Source of the DNA: a virus
IMG/VR virus record: IMGVR_UViG_3300008266_000002
Length of the DNA stretch: 64,000 bases
Direction: 5' to 3' (one strand)
In this document: piece after piece, positions 18,389 through 27,396 of the stretch
Layout of the letters: each line of letters opens with the position of its first letter
Position numbering within the stretch: the stretch's first letter is position 1
Notes under the pieces: generated by a model
Databases searched by the model: none
What the model saw: the letters and a program-made list of their open reading frames with translations, nothing else
What the model was told of the DNA's origin: nothing
Translations under genes and position numbers: made by a program

Positions 18389-18414
18389 TTGATAACCAAT
18401 AAAGTATACAGCAT

Positions 18415-18711
18415 ATGAAACAGACTATAGATAAAGAATTCCTCAAGGTGAAGCGTTTTGTACAGAAGCGCTTCCCAGGAGCGAGAACGGTAGCCAAGCC
18501 AAGTGGAGACACAATGTACTATCAGGTAGTGGATGGCAATGGGTACGCAGTAGTGGATCCCGCATTATTGATCCCACCAGCTACAACGGTCAAACAGGCA
18601 TGGACCAATGCGAAGTATAGTGCATGGTTCTCTAACATGATCCACAAGTCCAACATAGCATTTAGCGACGAGAAAATCATCAAGAAGCTTGCTCGCGAAT
18701 CCGGAGAATAG
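18415..18711 (+). CDS. hypothetical protein
   Basis: ORF between the AAA and vWA genes. Confidence 0.6.
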   Translation: MKQTIDKEFLKVKRFVQKRFPGARTVAKPSGDTMYYQVVDGNGYAVVDPALLIPPATTVKQAWTNAKYSAWFSNMIHKSNIAFSDEKIIKKLARESGE

Positions 18712-18796
18712 TGAAAAATTTTTTTAAAAAAAATCGATAAACTGTTGTCTATTGTTTAGAAAGGGTGATCTTTAGGTATAATCAATTATCACACAC

Positions 18797-20965
18797 ATGA
18801 AAGCTAACAAATCAATCTTCACAAGAAAAACCGCCATCTCGGGGTTCAATACTAAGAAAAACTACTCTTCCTTTTGGATGGATGACGATAGTGATATCAC
18901 CAGTAGATACGGTGGTCTTAGTTCTGAGGTAAGAAGTAGTAGTGACCTATTCAAAGTTATCAAGCTTAACAACTATCGTAGAGCGATAACCAACTTCGTG
19001 AAGATCGTTACTAACATGGATATTCCAGTTACTTGGTTCAGTGGTGGTTCTTATACCGATAGCAAGAGTATCAACCTAACCTCTGACATTAAAGACAACA
19101 ACTTTGACGTGACTGTCGGTCTTGCACTTCACGAAGCTTCTCACATCAAACTTACTGATTTCGGGATACTTCAGGACTTGTATGCAAACGATATTGCAAT
19201 AGTAAATGACCTCGAATCTAAACACCAACGCATGTGTAAGGAGTTAGTTAAGGAGATGCTTAACTGGGTTGAGGACAGACGTATTGACCACTACATCTTC
19301 AGTACTTCTCCTGGATACAAAGCTTACTATCACAAGTTGTATGACTACTACTGGAATGATAAGAATGTTAACAAAGGTTTCAAGAGTACTCAGTTTAATG
19401 ATCCTACCAGTATCCAGAGCTATGAGTTCCACATCATTAACATGTTGAACCCATTATTCGATAGCAAAGCACTTCCAGGTCTAGAAGAGATTACAAAGCT
19501 TATTAACGTAAGAAACATTAGCAGACTAAAGAGTACTTCCGAAGCTCTAGAGGTTGCAGTAGGAGTAGTTGACATTATCTTAACTAACGTTGCCTCTGCC
19601 AAAGCCGAAGGTACAATGGCTCAGGAAGGTGAGAGTGAAGAGTCACAGGAATCACAAGAGCAGGGAGAAGGAGAAGGTCAAGGTGGTAGTGGTGAAGGAG
19701 CAGAGCAAAAGGAAGGTGCAGGTGAGGGTCAAGAGCAAGAGAACACTGAGCTAAGTGATAAGGAGATGAGAGAAGTACAAAAGGCTCTTGATAAAATGAG
19801 AGACTTCTTGAATGGCAAGACTGACAAGAAACGTACTACTAAAGGGCTACAAAAGCAACTAGACAGCACAGCTAACGAGAACATGCAGATACAAGCAGTA
19901 GGTGGTAGTGATGGAGTCAAGAGTATGTCAAGCATCATGATGGATGGTATAACTGGTTCATTATCACAGCTGTTAGCTAACAGTGAGGTATTGAAGGAGT
20001 TAAGAGATGAGAGATACAAACTTCCATACGGTGAGGGACTAAAGAGAGCAGAATTGAACAAGGAGATTGAAAGACTAAGCGAAGCTGTGGAAACCCATGC
20101 AATGAATAGATATTTCCAGGCAAGTACATGGACCAGTAAAGAAACTAAAGAGGCAGTACAGAAGGGACTTGAGATGGGAGCTTTACTTGGTAAGAAGCTA
20201 CAACTACACAACGAAAGTAGAGAGAAGGTAGACAACAGACTTAGAAGTGGCAAAATCGATAACAGACGTCTTGCACATGCAGGTTATGGTATCGAGAGTG
20301 TGTTCCAACAAATCACTATCGATAAGTACAAGAAAGCTAACCTACACATCTCTTTGGATGGTAGTGGTAGTATGAATGGAAGATGTTGGAACTCAGCAGC
20401 ACAAATGACAGCAGCAATCGGTAAGGCAATCAGCTACACCCAGAACATAGAACTACAGGTATCAATCAGAGCAACGGATACAGCAGGTAACGGTGACATA
20501 CCAGTAGTAATCAACATCTATGACTCTCGCAAGAACAACCTTAATCACTTAGTGAAAGCACTTACTAACTACCATTGTGGCTCTAACACTCCAGAAGGAT
20601 TATGCTTCGAAGCAATGCACAAGCAACACCAAATCCTCTCTGGGACTAGTGACATGGATTCCTACTTCTTAAACATTAGTGATGGAATGCCAGGTATGGG
20701 TAACTACGGAGGATACGAAGCAGTAAGACATACAGCTAAGTGGGTTAACAAAATCAAGGCAGACCTTAATGTAAAGGTGCTAAGCTTCTTCTTAGATGAT
20801 AGCTATGGTAGTGAAGATATGGCACAGATGATTAAGAGATTTAACGGCGCATATGGAGCTGGGAACTCATTCAGACAAATGTACGGAAAGGATGCAGCAG
20901 CAGTTAATCCAAGCTCAGTGCTAGACATCGCAAGAGAACTTAACAAGAAGTTCATGAGCAAATAA
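18797..20965 (+). CDS. metallopeptidase-like (HEXXH) plus vWA domain protein, CobT-like partner of the AAA+ ATPase
   Basis: LHEASH and NWVEDRRI; acidic/Gly linker; MIDAS DGSGSM, TPEG, ISDGMP. Confidence 0.88.
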   Translation: MKANKSIFTRKTAISGFNTKKNYSSFWMDDDSDITSRYGGLSSEVRSSSDLFKVIKLNNYRRAITNFVKIVTNMDIPVTWFSGGSYTDSKSINLTSDIKDNNFDVTVGLALHEASHIKLTDFGILQDLYANDIAIVNDLESKHQRMCKELVKEMLNWVEDRRIDHYIFSTSPGYKAYYHKLYDYYWNDKNVNKGFKSTQFNDPTSIQSYEFHIINMLNPLFDSKALPGLEEITKLINVRNISRLKSTSEALEVAVGVVDIILTNVASAKAEGTMAQEGESEESQESQEQGEGEGQGGSGEGAEQKEGAGEGQEQENTELSDKEMREVQKALDKMRDFLNGKTDKKRTTKGLQKQLDSTANENMQIQAVGGSDGVKSMSSIMMDGITGSLSQLLANSEVLKELRDERYKLPYGEGLKRAELNKEIERLSEAVETHAMNRYFQASTWTSKETKEAVQKGLEMGALLGKKLQLHNESREKVDNRLRSGKIDNRRLAHAGYGIESVFQQITIDKYKKANLHISLDGSGSMNGRCWNSAAQMTAAIGKAISYTQNIELQVSIRATDTAGNGDIPVVINIYDSRKNNLNHLVKALTNYHCGSNTPEGLCFEAMHKQHQILSGTSDMDSYFLNISDGMPGMGNYGGYEAVRHTAKWVNKIKADLNVKVLSFFLDDSYGSEDMAQMIKRFNGAYGAGNSFRQMYGKDAAAVNPSSVLDIARELNKKFMSK

Positions 20966-20969
20966 TAAC

Positions 20970-21360
20970 CAATCATATAGGGGGCCTACCTAAAGTGTGT
21001 GTGATAGGGGTAGGCATACATTAGGGGTGCCATAGGGTACCCCTCCCCATATAGTAACCCGTATATACGCAGGGGATCCCTCCCATGTTTTTAGCGTTAA
21101 AACCGGTGTTTTTAGGGGGGGTATAGGGTGCGATAATTACGTGAAAACCGAGAAGGGAAGGTCGATATGCCGCCAGCTAAACGCGTATATATTGCGCGCA
21201 TAATTTTTTTTCCTATAGGCGATCGACACTTGGGGTACACTGCGTGTAAGTGTATATCCTCCCCCCTATGATGCCTATTACCCCCTACTATCCCCCCACT
21301 ACACCTACTACCCCCCCTATTACCCCCTTTCTACTTGACAACTGACAACGCAACAAGGGA
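20970..21360. other. GC-rich non-coding block with G-tracts followed by C-tracts
   Basis: No ORF. G-runs lie at 20979-21129; five C5-7 runs lie at 21261-21327. Confidence 0.6.
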
Positions 21361-21390
21361 CTATTTATAAGGGCAATACACACAGTAAAA

Positions 21391-22203
21391 ATGAAAACAC
21401 TAAAACGCATATTACAAGAATTAGACTACGGGAACACATTGTTTGGGGATCCAAATCCGGAAATCAGTCTTGATATCAACACACCAGCATATACTGACTA
21501 TCTCAAGAGTATTGGGGTAGATGCGGAAGAAAACACACCGGAAGAAAACAAGATCTTTGATGAACTTGCAAGTTATTTACGTTATCCAAAATCATCGCGA
21601 CACTCACAGACTGAACTCGTTAAGTATCTTAAACAATTGTTACCGCTGAAAAGCAAGTTTCCGTTAATACTTGATCCATTACAGGACCGTGAGGTAAACA
21701 ATGATGGCTATGTGTACAGAGGGGCTACAGTAGACACTAAGGATCTTATAGCTCTTGTGAAAGCAGCGAAACTAGATTGGTCTAGTCAAGATACAAGTGA
21801 TTTTGCTAGTATCAATGTGAATGGGAAAACAGTGAGTAGCAGCTCAACAAGAGGCTTTTTATCTTTTACATTCAAAAGACGTATAGCTGAGACATTTGCA
21901 ACTAATACAGAGAAAAGTCAATTATCAAGTAGCGATTTAGCTCGTAGATATCCAGTAGTCCTGCAGTGCAGTATAAACAACCTGAGTGACAAGTTAATAC
22001 TCACTCCATCCCTATTAAATGCCATACAATACATAGAGAATGAAACTCTATATCTAGACACACAAATCCCATGTGACAAAATACTAATCGCACCTCCAAT
22101 GGCGTTTGATAACTTAGGCTCGCCAAGTGATCTTGAGGACAAGTTTGAAGATGATTTACCACCAATATTATGGGATTTTCTTCGAGCAACTAACTATGTA
22201 TAA
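21391..22203 (+). CDS. putative R-S-E ADP-ribosyltransferase-like protein with leader
   Basis: MKTLKRILQE leader; VYRG...GFLSFT...IENETL. Confidence 0.55.
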   Translation: MKTLKRILQELDYGNTLFGDPNPEISLDINTPAYTDYLKSIGVDAEENTPEENKIFDELASYLRYPKSSRHSQTELVKYLKQLLPLKSKFPLILDPLQDREVNNDGYVYRGATVDTKDLIALVKAAKLDWSSQDTSDFASINVNGKTVSSSSTRGFLSFTFKRRIAETFATNTEKSQLSSSDLARRYPVVLQCSINNLSDKLILTPSLLNAIQYIENETLYLDTQIPCDKILIAPPMAFDNLGSPSDLEDKFEDDLPPILWDFLRATNYV

Positions 22204-22218
22204 TAAACACAAATCATA

Positions 22219-22575
22219 ATGAAACTATCACAATTCAAACAAATTATTAGAGAAGAAATCCGTAAGGCTATTAACGAAGCAGGCGGACTAATGGGAACGC
22301 TAGGTGGTGAAACTCCAATGCAAGATTTCGAAATGAGAAAGAAGGTTGTTGAGCCAACACTCGGACCTAACTACAATGCTTACATCATGTTTAAAGATCC
22401 GGAGTACAACCAAATGAAAGCTAAATATCCATACACCGTAACGGAAAAATGGAAACCTCTTTATCGTTCTAGCAACTATCAAGGATACGCTAGCGTGTCT
22501 CCCGATGGCAAAGTGATCCGTGCTGCCATACTAGACAAAGGTGGTATAGTTGGCGCCTTTTATATTAAAAAATAA
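22219..22575 (+). CDS. leader-bearing hypothetical protein
   Basis: MKLSQFKQIIREEIRKAINE. Confidence 0.65.
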   Translation: MKLSQFKQIIREEIRKAINEAGGLMGTLGGETPMQDFEMRKKVVEPTLGPNYNAYIMFKDPEYNQMKAKYPYTVTEKWKPLYRSSNYQGYASVSPDGKVIRAAILDKGGIVGAFYIKK

Positions 22576-22587
22576 AAAACAAACACT

Positions 22588-23019
22588 ATGAAACTAACGC
22601 AACTAAAAAAGATTATAAAAGAGGAGATCAAAAAAGTATTATCTGAGACAGTAGATAATATGCCACAATTAATTAAAGAGATGCCATATACTATAACAAG
22701 CGAAGGGATGTTTATGGCCGCCTATTTTGGTGAAAATGCCCTACGTTATAGATCAAGGGAATATCCAAATATTAATGATGGTGATGAGGTATTAGAAATG
22801 CATATCGATATTCAACCTAAGGATCAAGGAAAAGGTCTAGCTGAAAAAATGATCAAGGTATTTTTATATAAAGAAGGTGGTGTTGCTTTTTTTAACCATA
22901 ATCGCATAACTAATCCCGCCGTATATAAGGTGTTTGATAAAATTGCAACAGACCCTAAATGGTTAGTGCAAGAAGAAGAAGATGGATCACCAGCTGGAAT
23001 AACAATACAAGAAAAATAA
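22588..23019 (+). CDS. leader-bearing GNAT-like protein
   Basis: MKLTQLKKIIKEEIKKVLSE; IQPKDQGKGLA. Confidence 0.6.
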   Translation: MKLTQLKKIIKEEIKKVLSETVDNMPQLIKEMPYTITSEGMFMAAYFGENALRYRSREYPNINDGDEVLEMHIDIQPKDQGKGLAEKMIKVFLYKEGGVAFFNHNRITNPAVYKVFDKIATDPKWLVQEEEDGSPAGITIQEK

Positions 23020-23033
23020 AAACAACAAACACT

Positions 23034-23165
23034 ATGAAACAAGTTATCGCAATCGTATTAGTCGCTGCATTACTAACTGCATGCAAAACGGCACAACCAT
23101 GTCCTTCTTTCAAGGACCAAGCTGACAAATGCCATACATCACAAAAACCTAAATGTTGCAAGTAA
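23034..23165 (+). CDS. small Cys-rich lipoprotein (43 aa)
   Basis: MKQVIAIVLVAALLTA-C lipobox. Confidence 0.6.
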   Translation: MKQVIAIVLVAALLTACKTAQPCPSFKDQADKCHTSQKPKCCK

Positions 23166-23169
23166 CCAT

Positions 23170-23658
23170 ATGAACCTACTACCATTACTTGAAGACTTAC
23201 GTGCCTGGTTTGGATCGGGTGGTAAAGGAGGTGTAGGTGGTGGTGGATGGGATCGCTACAATACTAGTGGAGATCGAGTTGGCAAATGTGGGGATGCTAA
23301 AGAGGGTGATCCATACTCCGCTTGTTTAAGTAAGGAAAAAGCTCGTAAGTTAGGCAAAGCTGGTAGAGCTGCATTTGTGAAAAGAAAAAGAGCAGCTCAA
23401 AACAAAGGTGGCGATGCCAAAAAAGGTGGAGAACGTACCAAAGGTCAAAAACCAATCAAAGTGTCAACTGGCACTAGTGAATCCACATTATTACGCATCA
23501 ACATGCTACTTGAAAAAAACACCCCAACTGATCCACAAAAATGGTCATATTACAAATCACAAGCTAAAAAGAAATTTGATGTGTATCCAAGTGCATATGC
23601 AAATGCATGGGCAGCCAAAAAGTATAAAGCAGCTGGTGGTGGTTGGAGAAAAAATTAA
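23170..23658 (+). CDS. basic phage protein with YPSAYAN motif
   Basis: K/G-rich; KFDVYPSAYANAWAAKKYKAAGGGW. Confidence 0.7.
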   Translation: MNLLPLLEDLRAWFGSGGKGGVGGGGWDRYNTSGDRVGKCGDAKEGDPYSACLSKEKARKLGKAGRAAFVKRKRAAQNKGGDAKKGGERTKGQKPIKVSTGTSESTLLRINMLLEKNTPTDPQKWSYYKSQAKKKFDVYPSAYANAWAAKKYKAAGGGWRKN

Positions 23659-23680
23659 TATTTATTAGCAAAATCATCAC

Positions 23681-23926
23681 ATGAAACTATCAAGAATTAG
23701 ACTACAAGAAATCGCTGGCTTAGAGCCGGATAACATTGAGGAAACACGTGCTTTCACTCTTCATGAATTAGAGCAAGATGCAATGGAATTGCTCGCAAAA
23801 ATAGGTATGAAAAACCCAACAAACGACCAATTGAAATCCGTAGTGCAAATGATAGCTGACCTCATTAAAAAGAGCAATGCTGGTGTAATGTTAGCACCGA
23901 GTGTACAATTTGAATCACGTGACTAA
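23681..23926 (+). CDS. hypothetical late protein
   Basis: TATTTAT at 23661; RLQEIAGL. Confidence 0.6.
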   Translation: MKLSRIRLQEIAGLEPDNIEETRAFTLHELEQDAMELLAKIGMKNPTNDQLKSVVQMIADLIKKSNAGVMLAPSVQFESRD

Positions 23927-24095
23927 ACTCATGGACATATTGCAAGGCTATATTAAAGTTAAACACTTTGATCGTGCAAAGTATTATGAAAAACACATAC
24001 GCAATTTGCTACCATCATCATTCACAATTACACGCAAAGATAACAAAATCATCATAACAGTCAAGTAATAATACCCCAACCCCCTGTCAACAATG

Positions 24096-24119
24096 AACCC
24101 GCTTTATGCGGGTTTTTTT
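24096..24119 (+). terminator. intrinsic terminator
   Basis: AACCCGC-tttat-GCGGGTT followed by a T-run. Confidence 0.8.
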
Positions 24120-24281
24120 GGTTTGCTTTGTTATTAAAAATGCTAAGCTGTGAGTTAAAAAATGTTAAGATTGGGGAGGAGGCTCGCGCCGAAAAAAAAA
24201 TTTAAAAATAATCGTGTAAACTGTTGTCTATTGTTTAGAAAGGGGGATCTTTAAATATAATTAAAAGATAACGATAATCAT

Positions 24282-24485
24282 ATGAAAACTAACAAATTCA
24301 ACTACAACAAATCAAGTCACTACGATTTCAAATCCAAAGAATTAGAGTTTGAATTAGGGCATGAAACTAAGGTAAAATCTTCTGACCCTGTTTTGCGTTT
24401 TGGTAAATATCAAGGACAGAGATTGTCTGAAACTCCAATGTCTTATCGTATTTGGTTAAAGTCACAATCTTGGTGGAAAGGATAA
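24282..24485 (+). CDS. small protein with FGKY motif (DUF3820/ExoX C-terminal-like)
   Basis: LRFGKYQGQRLSETP.SY..WL. Confidence 0.65.
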   Translation: MKTNKFNYNKSSHYDFKSKELEFELGHETKVKSSDPVLRFGKYQGQRLSETPMSYRIWLKSQSWWKG

Positions 24486-24570
24486 AAAAAAATTGCACAA
24501 ACCGTTGCCTCAACGGTAAAAAAGGAGGACCTTTAGATATAATTAAAAAACACTTTAAAATTTATCACAC

Positions 24571-24915
24571 ATGAAAAACTTAATTCTTGCTTTTTTGCTT
24601 TTTGCTAGCACTGTTTTATCTGCTCAAACTTACTACTGTGTACAGATTATGAGTACCCAAAATCCACAACTTTTAACTAAAGAACATGTGGAATTTACTG
24701 GTGACCCTGCCTTCTTTGAAATGGTCGTAGTTAACAATGTTACATACTATAGAGTAATGTTTGTATACACTGATGAGATTGAAGCTAAAGTTACGTTAGA
24801 TTTAGTGTCTGGAGCAGGTTATCAGTACTCGCTTATATGCACTAGAACTAAGGAGCAAATTGCGAAAATGATACCCGTATTTACGCTTAGTATGGTGAAT
24901 CCCGATAACCAATAA
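24571..24915 (+). CDS. secreted protein, possible SPOR-like domain
   Basis: Signal peptide; YCVQI...YYRV...EA. Confidence 0.5.
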   Translation: MKNLILAFLLFASTVLSAQTYYCVQIMSTQNPQLLTKEHVEFTGDPAFFEMVVVNNVTYYRVMFVYTDEIEAKVTLDLVSGAGYQYSLICTRTKEQIAKMIPVFTLSMVNPDNQ

Positions 24916-24950
24916 TTTATATTTTTTAACTCTTTAAACTAGTATTTTTT

Positions 24951-25163
24951 ATGAGAATTGTTGATGCTTTTTGGCTTGGTGGTGTTGGTTTTGTTAAGGT
25001 TAGTAACAACTTTGAAACCAAGGTTTTGGTTGGTGTTGTACAAGGAGTAAATGAGACGTATGACACAGAATTTATCGCTAAAAACGGTGTTATTGTTCCT
25101 CCAGGTTCCTTGTTAAGATTCTTGGAAAATGACTCTTACAAAGATGAATACGTACCCGAATAA
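24951..25163 (+). CDS. hypothetical protein
   Basis: Packed ORF. Confidence 0.55.
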   Translation: MRIVDAFWLGGVGFVKVSNNFETKVLVGVVQGVNETYDTEFIAKNGVIVPPGSLLRFLENDSYKDEYVPE

Positions 25164-25194
25164 CTCTTTTTTTCACACACACAAATATTTATAT

Positions 25195-25446
25195 ATGACT
25201 AAGTTTTTTGCATTTATCACTACTACTTTATTACTTATTTCATGTGGTAAATCTTCCCAACTTGAAGAGTACACTCGTGACGTAAAAAAAGGCGTAATTG
25301 TTGAGATTTTTCGTAAAAATCCTTGTGGAATTCATGAGGAAATTAGTCCAAAATTTTATGCAATTACACATGAAAGTGATACGGTAACTTGCACTCGTTA
25401 TAGTAAAATTGGAGATTCGGTATACTTTATAAAATATAGCAAATAA
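25195..25446 (+). CDS. lipoprotein
   Basis: MTKFFAFITTTLLLIS-C lipobox. Confidence 0.6.
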   Translation: MTKFFAFITTTLLLISCGKSSQLEEYTRDVKKGVIVEIFRKNPCGIHEEISPKFYAITHESDTVTCTRYSKIGDSVYFIKYSK

Positions 25447-26201
25447 TGAAATTATCACAACTGAAGAAGATTATTAAAGAGGAGATCGCAAACGTAATGC
25501 AAGAGGGAGTTTATGATCCAGGAATACTAAAAGCTGTGTTCTTAGCAGGAGGTCCTGGAAGTGGAAAATCTACAGTAGGAAACGCTCTATTTGGTGTGAC
25601 AAAAGCAGGGTTTTCTATGGAAGGTTTGAAGAATGTAAACAGTGATAAATTCTTTGAATTTTTGCTCCAAAAAGGTGGATTTTCATCTAATTTGGCAGCT
25701 GCCTCAAAGGAGGATTTTTTAAAGATTACTACCGGTGAAACATCGCCTAGAGAGCGTGCAAAAGTAATGTCAAATAAGGCGTATGCTTCCTACTTAGTAG
25801 GTCGTTTAGGAGTGTTGATTGACGGTACTGGGGATGATCCTAATAAGTTAATAACTAAGGCTGAAATGCTAAAAAACGACTTTGGATACGATGTCTGTAT
25901 GGTGTTTGTAAACACACCTTTGGAGAAGGCTCAAGAGCGTAATTTAGGTCGTGATAGAAAATTACCTGCCAGTACAGTTGAGGAGATTTGGAATGCTGCT
26001 CAAGCCGCTAAAAAGGTGTACGAAGGTTACTTTGGAAACGCGTTTATGGAAGCTATAAACGACAAGGATTCTGCACCTGGCCAACCTATTTCAATCGATC
26101 CTCAAGTGGAAAAATTTGCACGTTCTTTCATGCGTAAACCAATACAAAATCCAGTTGGGAAAGAGTGGGTATCTCAGCAATTAGCCGCTAAAAAACGATA
26201 A
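25446..26201 (+). CDS. leader-bearing zeta-toxin-like P-loop kinase
   Basis: MKLSQLKKIIKEEI leader; AGGPGSGKS, VNSD, LIDGTG, ERNLGRDR lid. Confidence 0.75.
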   Translation: MKLSQLKKIIKEEIANVMQEGVYDPGILKAVFLAGGPGSGKSTVGNALFGVTKAGFSMEGLKNVNSDKFFEFLLQKGGFSSNLAAASKEDFLKITTGETSPRERAKVMSNKAYASYLVGRLGVLIDGTGDDPNKLITKAEMLKNDFGYDVCMVFVNTPLEKAQERNLGRDRKLPASTVEEIWNAAQAAKKVYEGYFGNAFMEAINDKDSAPGQPISIDPQVEKFARSFMRKPIQNPVGKEWVSQQLAAKKR

Positions 26202-26854
26202 TGATAAAACTCAAAAAACTACTACGAGAACTAGCTTATTACGACCTTACCAGTGAAGATCCTGATAAGGTCTTTGCTCGTAGTAATGATGAGTTTGGAC
26301 TGCTGATTTCCCGTGATATTGTTAATGCCTTCAAGAGAGGTGATAAGAAATATTACAAAGAAATCTACTTGGATAGAGCTGGGGACTATGCTGAATTTCA
26401 AGTCAAAGCTCGCTTTATAAAACGTCCAAAACAAGAGTATAGCCACTCGATTGAGGGTGGTGGTAGTTCTGAATATCTAGAGTTAATTATTGAATACAAT
26501 CCTAAGATGTTTCCAGCTGCAATGAATAAATTAATTGCTGAAATTAAAGAAACAATTGTGCATGAATTAGAACACGTAGGTCAGCAAAACTTTGAGGATA
26601 TGTTTGTAGTTGCTGGTCGTAATCACCATGATTATGCTCAATACCTTGTAGATGCTGAGGAAGTTCCTGCCTTTGTTAAGGGACTTATAAAACGTGCTAA
26701 AGTTACAAAACAATCCCTTGATGCAACAATGGAAGATTGGTATCGTGATAATATAAGGCAGTTTGAATTCCATAATGTTAGTTGGCCGTCAATTAAAAAA
26801 GTGTGGATGGATTGGGCTCAAGCAAACAAAGATAAAATTAAAAAATTTGCATAA
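26201..26854 (+). CDS. leader-bearing HEXXH metallopeptidase-like protein
   Basis: MIKLKKLLRE; HELEHVGQ...Y....EEVPAF. Confidence 0.6.
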   Translation: MIKLKKLLRELAYYDLTSEDPDKVFARSNDEFGLLISRDIVNAFKRGDKKYYKEIYLDRAGDYAEFQVKARFIKRPKQEYSHSIEGGGSSEYLELIIEYNPKMFPAAMNKLIAEIKETIVHELEHVGQQNFEDMFVVAGRNHHDYAQYLVDAEEVPAFVKGLIKRAKVTKQSLDATMEDWYRDNIRQFEFHNVSWPSIKKVWMDWAQANKDKIKKFA

Positions 26855-27396
26855 TGATAAAGTTGATGTCCCTTCTTAGAGAGGCTTTTTCTGATGACTA
26901 TAATAAGAACGTGTGGGTTGAATTACCTCGCCAAAAGGTCTTAGATTATGCTGATAATATTGCGGATCTAATATCAAATGCTTACGCTGCAAAGGGTGGT
27001 AATTTTGAGATTCAAACAGGCGCCGATTTAAAAAATTCAGATGTAACTTACTGGGTTGCTAATGACCTAGATCAGGATCCTGAAGCAGATGTTGTGGTGG
27101 GAGGTAAGAAAACTTCAGCTGGCACAAAAATGACAATGTTAGGTCAAGATGGCTCTGCAGAAGCAAAAAAAGAGGCTATTGTTAAGATGGTTCGGTTAAT
27201 GAAACAGAGAGGCTTTTATGCTGAGATGGATCCAGATTTAGCTGAGAAACTAGGCTTACCGCATGTTGATGATGAGGCTACTATACGTAAAGTAATTAAT
27301 AAAGATCTTACAATGAATCCTGATGGTAGCTATACAAGACTAATATCAGGTACCCACAAACATATAAAAGTATTAGTTGGTATTCCAAAGGTATGA
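26854..27396 (+). CDS. leader-bearing hypothetical protein
   Basis: MIKLMSLLRE. Confidence 0.65.
   Translation: MIKLMSLLREAFSDDYNKNVWVELPRQKVLDYADNIADLISNAYAAKGGNFEIQTGADLKNSDVTYWVANDLDQDPEADVVVGGKKTSAGTKMTMLGQDGSAEAKKEAIVKMVRLMKQRGFYAEMDPDLAEKLGLPHVDDEATIRKVINKDLTMNPDGSYTRLISGTHKHIKVLVGIPKV

Noticed and set aside
10300-18800. Repeats as a CRISPR array
   Set aside because: Spacing is 280-1700 bp with ORFs between copies, the repeats are degenerate promoters, and no cas genes are present.
19244-20253. Minus-strand ORFs within the vWA gene and similar ones within structural genes
   Set aside because: Antisense shadows with no motifs or expression signals.
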